A DNA stretch of 64,000 nt, taken from positions 1 to 64,000 of the forward strand of contig JAHBWE010000017.1 in assembly GCA_019637155.1 (NCBI GenBank), in the 5' to 3' direction. The notes beneath the pieces are model-generated. The model worked only from the letters and a program-made list of their open reading frames with translations. It had not been told where the DNA came from and searched no databases. Positions 37,757 to 49,337 of this stretch are shown here, in pieces. Source of the stretch: Labilithrix sp. Its GTDB lineage: Bacteria > Myxococcota_A > Polyangia > Polyangiales > Polyangiaceae. Both the position numbers and the translations under genes were made by a program. Position 1 is the stretch's first letter. Every line of letters starts with the position of its first letter.

Positions 37757-38171
37757 CGCCGGCGTCGACGGCGGTGTGCGGCTGGCTCGAGAAGCCGAGA
37801 TCGAAGGTGGAGTAACCTTGCTTCTCGAGCGGATCGATGACGACGCAGTATTCGCCGTAGCCGCCCGCCTCCGTGGGCAACGTCACGAAGCTCGCGCGGC
37901 AAACCTCCGTCGTCGCGTGCGCCGCGACCTGGCTCGTCGCGAGATCGATGATCGTCACGCTGTGCTTCTTGATGAAGCCGGCGAGGCCGATCTCGCCCGG
38001 TCCTCGCACCTTGATCGCGAAGCGAGGGGTCGCGTCGTCGGTCGCGGCCGCGAGGCGCGTCCCCGGCGAGATGCCTTCGGCCTTGCGGCACGCCGGATCG
38101 ACCGCGTCGGCCTGCGGCGGCGCGGGCTCGCGGCAGGCGAGGAGACCGAAGCTCACGATCAGGAGTGTCAT
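37716..38171 (-). CDS. lipoprotein, hypothetical
   Basis: MTLLIVSFGLLAC lipobox. Confidence 0.5.
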   Translation of the reverse strand: MTLLIVSFGLLACREPAPPQADAVDPACRKAEGISPGTRLAAATDDATPRFAIKVRGPGEIGLAGFIKKHSVTIIDLATSQVAAHATTEVCRASFVTLPTEAGGYGEYCVVIDPLEKQGYSTFDLGFSSQPHTAVDAGVSDPAADPCGEGG

Positions 38172-38239
38172 CGCTCGTCTCATGGTCGACGTCAGCGTAC
38201 CCGAGGAAACGCGACCGCCCTACGAGAGCCTCATCTGCG

Positions 38240-38479
38240 TCAGCGCGCCCGCGCGTCGAGGACGGCGCGGGCGACGAGCATCGCCACGAGCGCCGGCGCC
38301 ACCACGATGAGCACGAACCGGAGGACGAGCACGATCGCCGCGAGCGGGACGATCGATCCCTCGCGGCCGAGGATCATCTCCGCGATCGGATCGAGCACGG
38401 CGAGCCGCCGCGCGAGCAGCACGTACGCGAGCACGAGGCCCGCGAGCACCACCGCCCACCCGACGTGGCGGCGGCTCAT
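38240..38479 (-). CDS. small membrane protein (79 aa, two TM)
   Basis: Hydrophobic helices; internal Met of Arg-rich ORF. Confidence 0.4.
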   Translation of the reverse strand: MSRRHVGWAVVLAGLVLAYVLLARRLAVLDPIAEMILGREGSIVPLAAIVLVLRFVLIVVAPALVAMLVARAVLDARAR

Positions 38480-38522
38480 CGGGGCGGCCTCGCGGTCAGC
38501 GGCGTGAGGGCGTGGCGTCGGC

Positions 38523-39656
38523 TCATCGGAGTGGCCTCGCGGTGAGCATGGCGAGGAGGAGCGCGTTGCCGAGGACGCCGCCGGCCGCGAAGGCCGTGCG
38601 GCCGTCGACGCTCGTGGGGACGCCGAAGAGGCTCGTCGATCGATAGAGCCCGCGGAAGCGCGCGCGGTCGCCGTGCGTCCTCGTCGCCGCGATCGCGAAG
38701 CCCGTCGCGCCGACCGAGACGCCGAAGAGGATCGGGCCCGCGTTGACGTCGCCCTCGCCCGTGAACCCCGACGCATACTCGCGCACGCCGCCGAAGCCGA
38801 GCACGTCGACCCAGAGCTCGGCGACCAGCGCGTCGTAGAGCCTTCGCGCGAGCACGGGCGTCGCGAACGAGAGGAAATACGACGCGATCGCGGTGCCGGA
38901 GCCGCGCGGAGCGTCGACCGCCTCGCAGCTCCCCGACGTCATGCGCTGGAAGAGGAGGCCGGTCTTACCGTGAAGCGCGCACCGCTCGAACGTCTCCGCC
39001 CACCGCGCGAGGAGCTCGGAGCGGTCCGTCTTCGTCGCGCGCGCGTGAAGGCCGATCGAGCCGACGACGGCGGCGACGTCGGGCGGCCACGTCTCGCCCG
39101 GGTACGTCTCGATCATCCCGTGCTTCGACGCCGCGATCCGGCGCGTGAGGTCGGCGGTGATCCGATCGTGGAGCGGCGCGTGCGGGCCATCAGGGTCGAT
39201 CATGCGAAGCATGCCGAGGCCGAGGTTCGTGTAGCCGAGGTACGCGCGGCCCTCGTCGTACGCTCGGTCGCCCTCCGCGGCGTAGACCTGATCGGCGTAG
39301 ACGAGCACCGAGGGGTCCGCGAGGTGATCGGCCGCGGCGCGCATCGCCGGCAGGTACGCTTCGCGCTTCTCGGGGTGGTCGAGCACGATCTGCCCGAGGC
39401 CGAGGAGCGCCATCTGATGGATCGCGATCGTCGACTGGCCGTCGAAGCGGACGAAGCCGGTCTGGTACGCCGTGGGCCCCTCCTGCTCCATGACGCCCTT
39501 CACGACCGTCTGCGCGAGCGCGTCCTGCGCCGCGAGCTCTCCGTCGAAGTACGCGCCGGCGCCCACCCCCGCCGTCCAACGCGGCACGACGAGGACGACG
39601 AAGACGACGACGCTCGTCAGGATCAGCCACCGCCGCGATCGCGACATCGATGCCAC
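38523..39656 (-). CDS. membrane-anchored hypothetical protein
   Basis: N-terminal TM WLILTSVVVFVVLVV; balanced composition. Confidence 0.5.
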   Translation of the reverse strand: MASMSRSRRWLILTSVVVFVVLVVPRWTAGVGAGAYFDGELAAQDALAQTVVKGVMEQEGPTAYQTGFVRFDGQSTIAIHQMALLGLGQIVLDHPEKREAYLPAMRAAADHLADPSVLVYADQVYAAEGDRAYDEGRAYLGYTNLGLGMLRMIDPDGPHAPLHDRITADLTRRIAASKHGMIETYPGETWPPDVAAVVGSIGLHARATKTDRSELLARWAETFERCALHGKTGLLFQRMTSGSCEAVDAPRGSGTAIASYFLSFATPVLARRLYDALVAELWVDVLGFGGVREYASGFTGEGDVNAGPILFGVSVGATGFAIAATRTHGDRARFRGLYRSTSLFGVPTSVDGRTAFAAGGVLGNALLLAMLTARPLR

Positions 39657-39665
39657 GCGCTGGCG

Positions 39666-40223
39666 CTACTTCGGCGCGGCCGCCGCGGCGACGGAGAGGA
39701 GCGTCGCGTGTCCCGCGAGGGCGGCGTCGAGCGCGTCGTCGAGGCCGCCGTTGTGGAACGTGTCGTCGAACGTGTCGTCGGGCGGCGCGACGGTCCCGGC
39801 GCCGAGGAACGCGCGACCGGTCGTGAGGTCGGGGTGGCTCGCGGCGACGAAGACGTCGCCCGGCATCACGTCGGACGCGCCGGCGAGCGCCTTCAGCGTC
39901 CCCGCGCGCTCGCGATAACAACGCGCGTTGCCCGACGCGGCGGCGAACACGCGCTCGCCGGCGACGAGGACGACCGCCACGCCGCTCGCGAGCTGCGGCG
40001 GAAGCCCCGGCGCCGCGAGCTTCGAGGCGCCGGCTTGGTCCGCGCACGCCAGCTTGGCGAACGTGCCCTTCACGACCTCCAGCGCCGGCGTCGCGAGCTC
40101 CCCCTGCACGGCGGTGAGGAGGACCAGCCGCGCGCCGTCGACCGTGCGCGCCTCCACCGTGGAGCAAGCGTCCACCGCCGTACGCCGCCCGACCGTCACC
40201 GCCCCAAACGACATTCGTGCCAT
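39666..40223 (-). CDS. PP2C-like phosphatase domain fragment / hypothetical
   Basis: GNARCYRERAGTLKAL resembles PP2C GDSRAY..R.G.L motif; short for full PP2C. Confidence 0.35.
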   Translation of the reverse strand: MARMSFGAVTVGRRTAVDACSTVEARTVDGARLVLLTAVQGELATPALEVVKGTFAKLACADQAGASKLAAPGLPPQLASGVAVVLVAGERVFAAASGNARCYRERAGTLKALAGASDVMPGDVFVAASHPDLTTGRAFLGAGTVAPPDDTFDDTFHNGGLDDALDAALAGHATLLSVAAAAAPK

Positions 40224-40271
40224 GGCGCGAAACGTATCCGAGATACGCTCGGAAGCGGACGCACGAGGCTC

Positions 40272-41216
40272 ATGAAGAGACGATCGGCGATGGTGTTCGG
40301 CGCGGTCGGCGGCGCAAGCGCGCTCGCGGTGGCGTGCGGCCTCGATCTCACCGGCGTCGCGAGCGTCCGGAGCGAGAGCGACGCGGGCGGCGATGTGTCG
40401 AGGCCGCCGCCGACGACGACGACGGAGCCCGAGGCCGGCGTCGAACCTCGCTGCGACGGCGGCCTCTGTCCGCCGGAGGTCGTCCTCGCGCTGCCGGCGA
40501 CCGAGCTGGTCCGCGCCGTCACCGTCGACGGCCCCTTCCTCTATTACGTCAACGCGACGTCGAAGAAGGTGTTCCGGGTCAACGCCGCCGACGGCAGCGA
40601 GCCGCGAGAGATGGTCTCCGAGGAGGTGCGGCAGCTCGCGGTCCGCGGCGACGTGCTCTTCTACACGTACCCGCAAGGGATCCGCCGGATGACACTGACG
40701 ACGCACGACGCGGTCGGCGGCGGAGAGGGCGTGGTGGGCTGTCTCGACATCGACAAAGACGGCAGTTTTGTCTATGTCGCTGACTTCGCCAAAAACCGTA
40801 TCATGCGCCTCCCCTTCGCCGCCGGCGGCACGGCGGCGGCGCTCTTCGAATCGGAGGACGGCGTGCAGAGGCCGTGGGGCGTCGCGGTCACGGCGACGGA
40901 CGTGTTCTTCACGCTGAGCGGCGGCCCGCCCGGTGAGCTTCGCCGCCGGCCGCTCACGCCGAGCACGACGCCCCCGCTGACCCTCGCGCGCGACCGGGAG
41001 AACCCGAACTGCATGGTGATCGACGAGGCGGGGCGCGTCTACTGGCCCAACAACCGATCGGGGACGCTCGAGCGGATCGACGCGGACGGACGCAACGTGG
41101 TCACGCTCGCCGCCGGCCAGGGGAAGGGCGACGGCGCGACCTTCACCCAGCTCGGCATCGACGCGCGCTTCATTTACTGGAGCGCCGACAACGAGATCCG
41201 GCGGCTCGCGCGCTGA
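40272..41216 (+). CDS. lipoprotein with beta-propeller-like repeats
   Basis: Signal ALAVACG; repeated ..YY/FY..DG.. blocks. Confidence 0.55.
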   Translation: MKRRSAMVFGAVGGASALAVACGLDLTGVASVRSESDAGGDVSRPPPTTTTEPEAGVEPRCDGGLCPPEVVLALPATELVRAVTVDGPFLYYVNATSKKVFRVNAADGSEPREMVSEEVRQLAVRGDVLFYTYPQGIRRMTLTTHDAVGGGEGVVGCLDIDKDGSFVYVADFAKNRIMRLPFAAGGTAAALFESEDGVQRPWGVAVTATDVFFTLSGGPPGELRRRPLTPSTTPPLTLARDRENPNCMVIDEAGRVYWPNNRSGTLERIDADGRNVVTLAAGQGKGDGATFTQLGIDARFIYWSADNEIRRLAR

Positions 41217-41930
41217 TCACTTCCCCGCGCGCCAGGCGGCGACGGGGCCGGGCTTCAGCGACGAGGCGGGGAGCTTGCTCCACGGGATGACGTGCTCCTC
41301 CGGGACGCGCGCGAGGATCACGAGGCCGTCCTCGCGGAGCGAGAAGCGCGGGCGGAAGCCGAGCTCCTCCTCCGTCTCGCTCGTCTCGAAGCGGCCGGCG
41401 CAGAAGTCCTCGCCGAGCCCCTCGTTGCAGTCGGCCTCCGCCGCCTTCAAGCCTTCCGCCGTCAGGACGTCGGAGAGCTTCAGCTCCGCGCCGGTCGCGA
41501 CGTCGAAGGTGTGCGCGTACCACGCGTGGCCGATCGAGCTCATGCCGCTCATGAAGTGGCTCTCCGCGATCGCGATCGAGAGGAGGCCGGCCTCGTTGAG
41601 CTCCACGGTGTAGCTGCCGTCCTGCTCGAGCGTCAGCTCTTCGTCCGCGCCGTCGCAGATGCCCGCGATCACCGGCTCGGCGAGGACCTTCGCGATCGCC
41701 GCCGTCGCTTGCGCGTTCGGCGTCGTGACGACCGGCCAGTCGATCGCGACCCGGCACTCGGGGCTGGCCGATCGGATCTCCTTCGTCGTGACGGTCACGG
41801 CGGCCTCCGGCGCGCCGGTCATGTTCGACTCGCTCGCGGCGTTCGGCTCGTCGGCGGTACCGGCGCAGCCGGCCATGAAGGTCATGAACGTTCCGAGAGC
41901 CAGGGTCGTAGCGAGCGTCTTCATCGTCAT
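41217..41930 (-). CDS. lipoprotein, hypothetical
   Basis: MTMKTLATTLALGTFMTFMAGC signal/lipobox. Confidence 0.55.
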   Translation of the reverse strand: MTMKTLATTLALGTFMTFMAGCAGTADEPNAASESNMTGAPEAAVTVTTKEIRSASPECRVAIDWPVVTTPNAQATAAIAKVLAEPVIAGICDGADEELTLEQDGSYTVELNEAGLLSIAIAESHFMSGMSSIGHAWYAHTFDVATGAELKLSDVLTAEGLKAAEADCNEGLGEDFCAGRFETSETEEELGFRPRFSLREDGLVILARVPEEHVIPWSKLPASSLKPGPVAAWRAGK

Positions 41931-42059
41931 CTCCTCTTGGAAGAGACACGAGCACCTCATATGCCAATGTGGGAGGCCTCGGAACGCGCCGTAAGTGACG
42001 GAAGTTACTCGATCAGCTCGCGTGCGAGGTGGTCCGGCATGCGGGTACAATCCGGCGCC

Positions 42060-43313
42060 ATGACTCCCCGCGGGCGGATCATCGTCTTCGTCGGGATCGC
42101 GCTCGCGATCGGCGTGGCGGTGGGCTCACGCTTCCGGGGACAGCCGGAGGTGTCCGACGCGAACGAAGAAGAGGAGTGCGGCGCGCGCGTGACGAAGGAG
42201 GAGCTGGAGCGCTCGGTCGCGATCGGGACCCAGTTCATGATCGCGCACCAGAAGCCGGCCGGGAACTTCGACTACGAATACGACTGGAAGACGAAGCAGT
42301 ATTCGAACGACGACAACTCCGCGCGCCAGTCGGGCGCGCTCTGGGGGCTCTCCCTGCTCCACGCCTTCGCGGGCGCGGACAAGGCGTCGCCCGAGCTCGA
42401 GGCCGCGCTCGGGCGGGGCCTCGCCTACTTCGACGACGCCTCGCGCACGACGCAGGACGGCTGGCGCTATCCCGTGTATCCCGCCGGCGAGGACGGAGGC
42501 GCGGACGGAGGCGCGACCGGCAGCGCGCCGATCGGCACCGCCGCGCTCGTCACGCTCGCGGTCCTCGATTACGTCCGCAGCCTCCCGGCGTCGGACCAGG
42601 TCGAGCGACCGCGCTGGGCGAAGCGCGCCGACGAGTACGTCGGGTTCCTCGCGACCTCGATTCGCAAGGACGGGACGTGGCCCGGCGAATACAGGTTCGA
42701 GACGGGCGCGGGCGCCGGCGCGCACTCCCCGTATTCGGACGGCGAAGCGCTCCTCGCACTCGTGACCGCGATGAAGTACCACGGCCGCGACGATCTCCGG
42801 CCCGTCATTCTGCGCGCTGCGATCGAGGGGCATCGCGTGAACGTGGAGCAGGCGCGCGCGAAGAACGCCGACTCCGCGACGACGAAGGGCTACTACCAGT
42901 GGTCGTCGATGGCGTACTACGAGCTCGCGACGTCCGCGATGGGAGAGGCGCCCGACGCGCCGCCCTACGGCGAGTGGCTGATGGACCTCGCCGACTGGAT
43001 CATCGACGTGCATCGGATCGTCGGCCGGCCGCGGAACACCGGCTACGCGTACGAGGGCATCGTCTCCGCGCTCGCCTGGGCGAAGGCGAAGAAGGACCCG
43101 CGCGCCGACAAGCTCGCCTGCACGACCCATCGCGGCCTCTCGAACCTGCTCGGCTGGCAGGTCGGTCACCCGCGCGCCGACAAGCTCGGCGCGACCGACG
43201 ATCCGAAGGCCGTCGGCGGCGTGCAGAACCACGCGACCGAGTCGCCGCTCCGCATCGACGTCGTGCAGCACCAGATGCACGCCACGATGCTCGCGATCGA
43301 GCACCTCTTCTAG
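42060..43313 (+). CDS. membrane-anchored hypothetical protein (alpha-helical toroid-like)
   Basis: N-terminal TM IIVFVGIALAIGVAV; 417 aa, balanced composition. Confidence 0.55.
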   Translation: MTPRGRIIVFVGIALAIGVAVGSRFRGQPEVSDANEEEECGARVTKEELERSVAIGTQFMIAHQKPAGNFDYEYDWKTKQYSNDDNSARQSGALWGLSLLHAFAGADKASPELEAALGRGLAYFDDASRTTQDGWRYPVYPAGEDGGADGGATGSAPIGTAALVTLAVLDYVRSLPASDQVERPRWAKRADEYVGFLATSIRKDGTWPGEYRFETGAGAGAHSPYSDGEALLALVTAMKYHGRDDLRPVILRAAIEGHRVNVEQARAKNADSATTKGYYQWSSMAYYELATSAMGEAPDAPPYGEWLMDLADWIIDVHRIVGRPRNTGYAYEGIVSALAWAKAKKDPRADKLACTTHRGLSNLLGWQVGHPRADKLGATDDPKAVGGVQNHATESPLRIDVVQHQMHATMLAIEHLF

Positions 43314-43315
43314 CG

Positions 43316-44652
<1,337 letters not shown>

Positions 44653-44656
<4 letters not shown>

Positions 44657-45966
44657 GACGCCTGCACCGGGATCCGGAGGTCGAAGACCGCGCCGCCGTC
44701 GGGGTGCGTCGCGCCGTCGAGCGTACCACCGTGCTGCTCCGCGATGCGGCGCGCGACGGCGAGGCCGAGGCCGGTCCCGCGCGTGCGCGTCGTCACGAAC
44801 GGCTCGAAGATGCGCGCCTCTTCGCCGGGCGGGAGGCCGGGTCCGCGATCGCGCACCGAGACGCGGAGCTGGCCGTCCTCGTGTGTCGCGACGAGCGAGA
44901 CCTCCGCGTCGCTCGCCTTGAGCGCGTTGTCGACGACGTTGTGGAGCGCGCGGCCGAGGCGGTCGAGGTCGGCGTCGATCGCGGGCGGCGCGCGATCGAG
45001 ATCGACCTGCACGCGCGCGCCGTCGAGATCGGCGAGCGCGCGGTCGACGAGCGCGCGGGGCGTGACGGCGGCGCGCTCGATCGGCCCGTCGCGGACGAAG
45101 TCGAGGAGCGAGGTCGTGAGCACCTCGAGGCGCTCCGCCTCCGCGACGACGCGCTCCGCCTTCGCGCGCCGCTTCGCGTCCGCGCCCTCGGCGGCCTCGG
45201 CCTCGGCGAGGTCCTCGACGAGGAGCTGGGCGTGGCCCTTGAGCGACGCGAGCGGGTTGCGGAGCTCGTGCGCCATCACCGACGACATGCTGCCGAGCGC
45301 GACGAGGCGCTGCGCCCGCGCCGCGCTCGCCTCGAGCGCCGCGACGCGCCGCGCGCTGCGCGACCACGCGACGGCGAACGCGAGGAGGATCGCGCTCGCC
45401 ATCGCGGCGACGACGCCGACGCGGGTGTGATCGCGCTGGAGCGTCACCATCATCGGCGGCTCGAGCTCCACCGCGAGGAGCGGCCCCGCGTTCATGCGCC
45501 GGACGACGACGTAGCGAGGCGAGCCGTCGATGGGGGAACGATCGCGATGCGCGTCGATCGGCGGGAGCTCGTGCGGGAGCGCGGGCGGGTGAGGAGGAGG
45601 GACGATCCCGAGCGCGCGGACGCGGCGCCCCTCGATCGTCGCGGCGCCGGGGCGCGCGGGGCCGGAGGGCATCGTCGCGTGACCCGCCTCGACGACGGGT
45701 CGGCCCTCGCGATCGACGAGCGCGACGTAGCGGAGGCCCTCCGCCTCGTGAGCGGCGAGGAGGCGGCGCAGCGTCTCCGCGTTCGGCGGCTGCACCTCCT
45801 CCGCCGTGAGCTCCGACGCGAGCGCCGCGAGGACGATGTCGCTCTCGCCGCGCGCGACGAGCTCGGAAGCGTCCGCGAGCGCGCGGCGCGAGGTCGCCAC
45901 CGTCACCCCGAGCGCCACGACCGCGAGCGCCGCCATCGCGACGCCGCCCAGCCGACCCGTCTTCAT
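44653..45966 (-). CDS. sensor histidine kinase (HisKA + HATPase_c)
   Basis: H-box HELRNPLASL, N/G boxes; TM segment; ATGA overlap with RR gene. Confidence 0.85.
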
Positions 45967-45979
45967 GCCTTCGTCCTTA

Positions 45980-46019
45980 CTGCGGAACCCGCAGCCGATG
46001 GAGTGCGGATTCTGCACTC
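45980..46019. promoter_or_regulatory. Two inverted repeats (CTGCGG-aac-CCGCAG; GAGTGC-ggattct-GCACTC), candidate enhancer (UAS)
   Basis: Located 50-90 bp upstream of sigma-54 -24 element. Confidence 0.4.
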
Positions 46020-46068
46020 TTCGCCGAGCGCGACCGCGAATTGACGCGTTTTTTGGGGAGTCATCGAT

Positions 46069-46085
46069 TGGCAGGCCCTTTGCGA
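46069..46085 (+). promoter_or_regulatory. sigma-54 (-24/-12) promoter TGGCAG-N5-TTGCG
   Basis: tTGGCAGgccctTTGCg: GG and GC separated by 10 nt, about 50 nt upstream of ATG at 46136. Confidence 0.6.
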
Positions 46086-46135
46086 TGAGCCCCAGCACGC
46101 TCCGAGCCACGGAGCTTCAGGAGAAAGACAGCCCC

Positions 46136-47017
46136 ATGATCTCGATTCGTTCGCTCTCGCTTCCGGTCCTCGCCCTCGCCTCCCTCGTCGCAGGTTGCAG
46201 CGCGGAGAGCGGCACTACCTCCGGCGCGGAGACCACCGATTCGGCGCGCACCCAGATCGTCACGCAGGTCGAGCTCGCGTCGGCGGAGGAGCGCGGCGCC
46301 GGCCCGATCCACCGCCACGGCCCGCACGGCGGCCCCGACTTCCTCGTCGGCGCGGCCCTTCGCGCGCCGCTCGACCTCACCGCCGAGCAGCGCGCGACGA
46401 TCGAGGGGCTCACGCACCGCGAGCGTCCGCCCTTCGATCCGAGCCGCGCGAAGGAGCTCGCGGCCGCGATCCGCGCCGGGAACGTCGCCGCGCTCCCGAA
46501 GCCGCCGGCGCCGGACCTCGCCGCGACGGCGAAGACGATCCAGACGCTCCACGACACGCTCACCGCCTCGCAACGCGCCGCGCTCGTCGACGACATCGAG
46601 GCCCACGCGCCGAAGGTCGATCCGAGCAAGGAGGGCCCGAAGGGCGCCAAGGGTCCGCCCCACGTCATGCGCAAGGTCGTCTTCCCGTTCGGCGACGACC
46701 TCGGGCTCACCGACGCGCAGAAGGAGGAGCTCAAGGCGCGGATCGAGGCGAGCGCGCCGGCGAGGCCCGACCCGGCGAAGCTCGCGGAGATGCGCGGCAA
46801 CATGGAGGCGGCCCGCCTCGACATGAAGGCGAAGCTCCAGAGCTTCAAGGCCGACAGCTTCGACGCGACCGCGTTCGTCACGCCGCCGGCCACGGCGAAG
46901 CCGAACGTCGAGCTCCACCTCCGCGGCAACCCGCTCGCGGACCTCGTCTCGGTGCTGACGCCGGAGCAGCGCGAGAAGCTCGCGCAAAAGATCGAGCTCG
47001 GTCCGCCCGCGCGCTGA
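46136..47017 (+). CDS. periplasmic LTXXQ-motif lipoprotein (CpxP/Spy-like)
   Basis: Lipobox LVAGCS; four LT(A/D/P)(E/S/A)Q repeats. Confidence 0.7.
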   Translation: MISIRSLSLPVLALASLVAGCSAESGTTSGAETTDSARTQIVTQVELASAEERGAGPIHRHGPHGGPDFLVGAALRAPLDLTAEQRATIEGLTHRERPPFDPSRAKELAAAIRAGNVAALPKPPAPDLAATAKTIQTLHDTLTASQRAALVDDIEAHAPKVDPSKEGPKGAKGPPHVMRKVVFPFGDDLGLTDAQKEELKARIEASAPARPDPAKLAEMRGNMEAARLDMKAKLQSFKADSFDATAFVTPPATAKPNVELHLRGNPLADLVSVLTPEQREKLAQKIELGPPAR

Positions 47018-47068
47018 TCTTTTCCGTCGCGCGCGGCGCTCGCGGCGTAGCCTGGTGCGCGTAGCGCC

Positions 47069-48133
47069 TTGAACCGCAAGAGACCGCAGCCCGATTTCGC
47101 CACGACGCCGTCGCTGTCGTCGCCGATCTTCTGGCACTTCGTGTGGAAGATGGTGCCGTGGCTCGTCGCGACCGCGGTGTACATCGTCGCGGCGGCGTCG
47201 ATCGTTCGGTGGGACATGGGCCGCATCGGCGAGGCGCGCGAGGACTTCGGCGCCGAGATGTACGGGATGTACACGCAGCTCTTCTTCGAGCCGACCGCGA
47301 CGCTGCCGCACGCGCCGATCGCCCGCTTCGTGTTCTGGATCACGCCGGCGCTCGGTGTCCTCCTGCTCGTCCGCGGCGTCGTGCGCGTCGGCGCGTCGGT
47401 CTTCGACGTCGAGGAGCGACGCAACCTCTGGGTGAAGATCATGACCGATCGAATGAAGGGTCACATCGTCGTCTGCGGCCTCGGCCACGTCGGCATCCGC
47501 ATCGTCGAGTCGCTCAAGGCGCTCGGCGTCGACGTCGTCGCGATCGAGCGCGACAAGAAGGAGTCGTTCGTCCAGACCGCGGAGCGGCTCTCGGTCCCGG
47601 TGCACCACGGCGACGCCCGCCAGGACGACCTGCTCTCCGCCGCGGGCATCGCGCGGGCCCACGCGGTGGTGTGCGCGACGGACGACGACTTCACGAACCT
47701 CGAGGTCGCGATCGACGCGAAGCGCGAGAACCCGGACATCCGCGTCGTGATGCGCGTGTTCGATCAGCGCGTCGCCGAGAAGATCGGCTCCGCGCTCGAC
47801 ATCGAGAAGACGTTCAGCGCGTCGGCCCTCGCGGGGCCGCTCATCGCGCTGCAGGCGATCTCGAACGGCGTGCTCGGCGTGTACCGCTCCAACGGCGACC
47901 TCCGCGTCGACATGGAGATCTCGGCGCCGAGCGAGTGGGACGGGAAGACCGTCGTCAGCTGCGAGGACGAGATCGACGGGCGGATCGTCGCGCTCGCGCG
48001 GAGCTCCGGCAAGCAGACGCGGCCGCGGCACGACACGAAGATCGAGCGCGGCGACCACCTCACGATCGATCTCCCCGCCTCGATGGTCGGGACCGTCGAG
48101 CGCCTCACGGCGCGCGACGCCGCCCGGAAGTGA
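47069..48133 (+). CDS. TrkA-N (RCK) domain membrane protein, K+ transport-related
   Basis: Two N-terminal TMs then HIVVCGLGHVGIRIVESL Rossmann GxGxxG and TrkA-C-like region. Confidence 0.75.
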   Translation: MNRKRPQPDFATTPSLSSPIFWHFVWKMVPWLVATAVYIVAAASIVRWDMGRIGEAREDFGAEMYGMYTQLFFEPTATLPHAPIARFVFWITPALGVLLLVRGVVRVGASVFDVEERRNLWVKIMTDRMKGHIVVCGLGHVGIRIVESLKALGVDVVAIERDKKESFVQTAERLSVPVHHGDARQDDLLSAAGIARAHAVVCATDDDFTNLEVAIDAKRENPDIRVVMRVFDQRVAEKIGSALDIEKTFSASALAGPLIALQAISNGVLGVYRSNGDLRVDMEISAPSEWDGKTVVSCEDEIDGRIVALARSSGKQTRPRHDTKIERGDHLTIDLPASMVGTVERLTARDAARK

Positions 48134-48142
48134 TCCGTCCCG

Positions 48143-48565
48143 TCAGCGCTTCTTCGTCTTGGCCTTCGCCTTCGCTTTGGCCTTCGGCTTCGCGGCGGCC
48201 TTCTTCGCGGCCTTCTTCGCCGTCTGCCAGACGCCGAGCGTCGCGCCTTGCGGATCGACGAAGACGCCGAGCGCGCCCATGTTCCCGACTTCCATGTATG
48301 GGATGACGATCGTCGCGCCGTTCTTCTTCGCCTTCGCGATCGTCTTCTTCACGTCCGCGACGTCGACGTAGGCGGTCCACGACGTCGGCTGATCGGGCGA
48401 CTGCTTCGCGCCGATGCCGCCGCCGACGCCCTTGCCGACGTCGATGCCGGTCCACTGCATCTCCGGGAAGTCGGTGAGCTTCCAGTCGAAGACGCTCCGG
48501 TAGAACTTCTTCGCCGCTTTGACGTCGTCGGTCGCGAGATCGAGGTGCACGAAAGGGTTTCCCAT
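48143..48565 (-). CDS. VOC (glyoxalase/bleomycin-resistance) family protein with histone-H1-like Lys/Ala-rich tail
   Basis: Core FVHLDLATDDVKAAKKFY; tail AKKAAKKAAAKPKAKAKAKAKTKKR. Confidence 0.6.
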   Translation of the reverse strand: MGNPFVHLDLATDDVKAAKKFYRSVFDWKLTDFPEMQWTGIDVGKGVGGGIGAKQSPDQPTSWTAYVDVADVKKTIAKAKKNGATIVIPYMEVGNMGALGVFVDPQGATLGVWQTAKKAAKKAAAKPKAKAKAKAKTKKR

Positions 48566-48638
48566 GCGCGGCAGCGTCGAACGAAGCGGCGAGGTCGTCA
48601 ACGGTCGCGACGACGCGGTGTACGCTGGAGCGAAGGGC

Positions 48639-49232
48639 ATGGCGAGAGCACGGACCGCCGTCGTCGGTGTCGTCGAGAACGGGAGCTCCGCGGTGCTCGT
48701 CACGATCGCATCGGACGGAGCGTTGCTCGATCGAAGACGCGTCGACCTCACCGGCCCGGACATGCCGACGCACCCGCATCATCATCAAGGATCGTGGGCG
48801 GTCGGCCGCTACCTGAGCACCCCCGGCGCGCGGCCGATGCCGCTCGCCGACGCCGTCGCGCTCGTCGAGCGGGTGCGCGTGGCCGCCGCACGCGGCGCGC
48901 GGGAGGCGCTCGCGGATCTCGCGGCGGCGGTGGCGTCGACGAAGGTCCCGATCCGCGGCATCACGCTCCGCGTGTGCCCGCCGTTGCCGCCGACGGTCGA
49001 GGAGCGCATCGCCGACAACCGCGCGCAGACCTACGCCGACACGGTCATGTACCGCGAGGCGCTCGCCGCCGCGGCGGAGGCGCGCGGATGGAAGGTGCAC
49101 TGGTACGATCGCGAGCGCGTCCGCGTGAGCGCCGCGATCGACGCGATGGGCAAGTCGATCGGGCCGCCGTGGCAGGCGGCGCACAAGCTCGCCGCCGCGG
49201 CGGCGGTCGCCGCGCTTGCATCGCGCGCGTGA
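48639..49232 (+). CDS. hypothetical protein
   Basis: Internal Met of ORF 48519..49232; start uncertain. Confidence 0.35.
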   Translation: MARARTAVVGVVENGSSAVLVTIASDGALLDRRRVDLTGPDMPTHPHHHQGSWAVGRYLSTPGARPMPLADAVALVERVRVAAARGAREALADLAAAVASTKVPIRGITLRVCPPLPPTVEERIADNRAQTYADTVMYREALAAAAEARGWKVHWYDRERVRVSAAIDAMGKSIGPPWQAAHKLAAAAAVAALASRA

Positions 49233-49337
49233 CACCCCGGTCCGCGATCGAATCGGGGGCCAGGTGCGATGCGCGCGAGTCTCCGCGGAGATCGACGAGC
49301 GAGCGCGGGCGGAACGACGGTTGCAGCCTCGCGCGCG

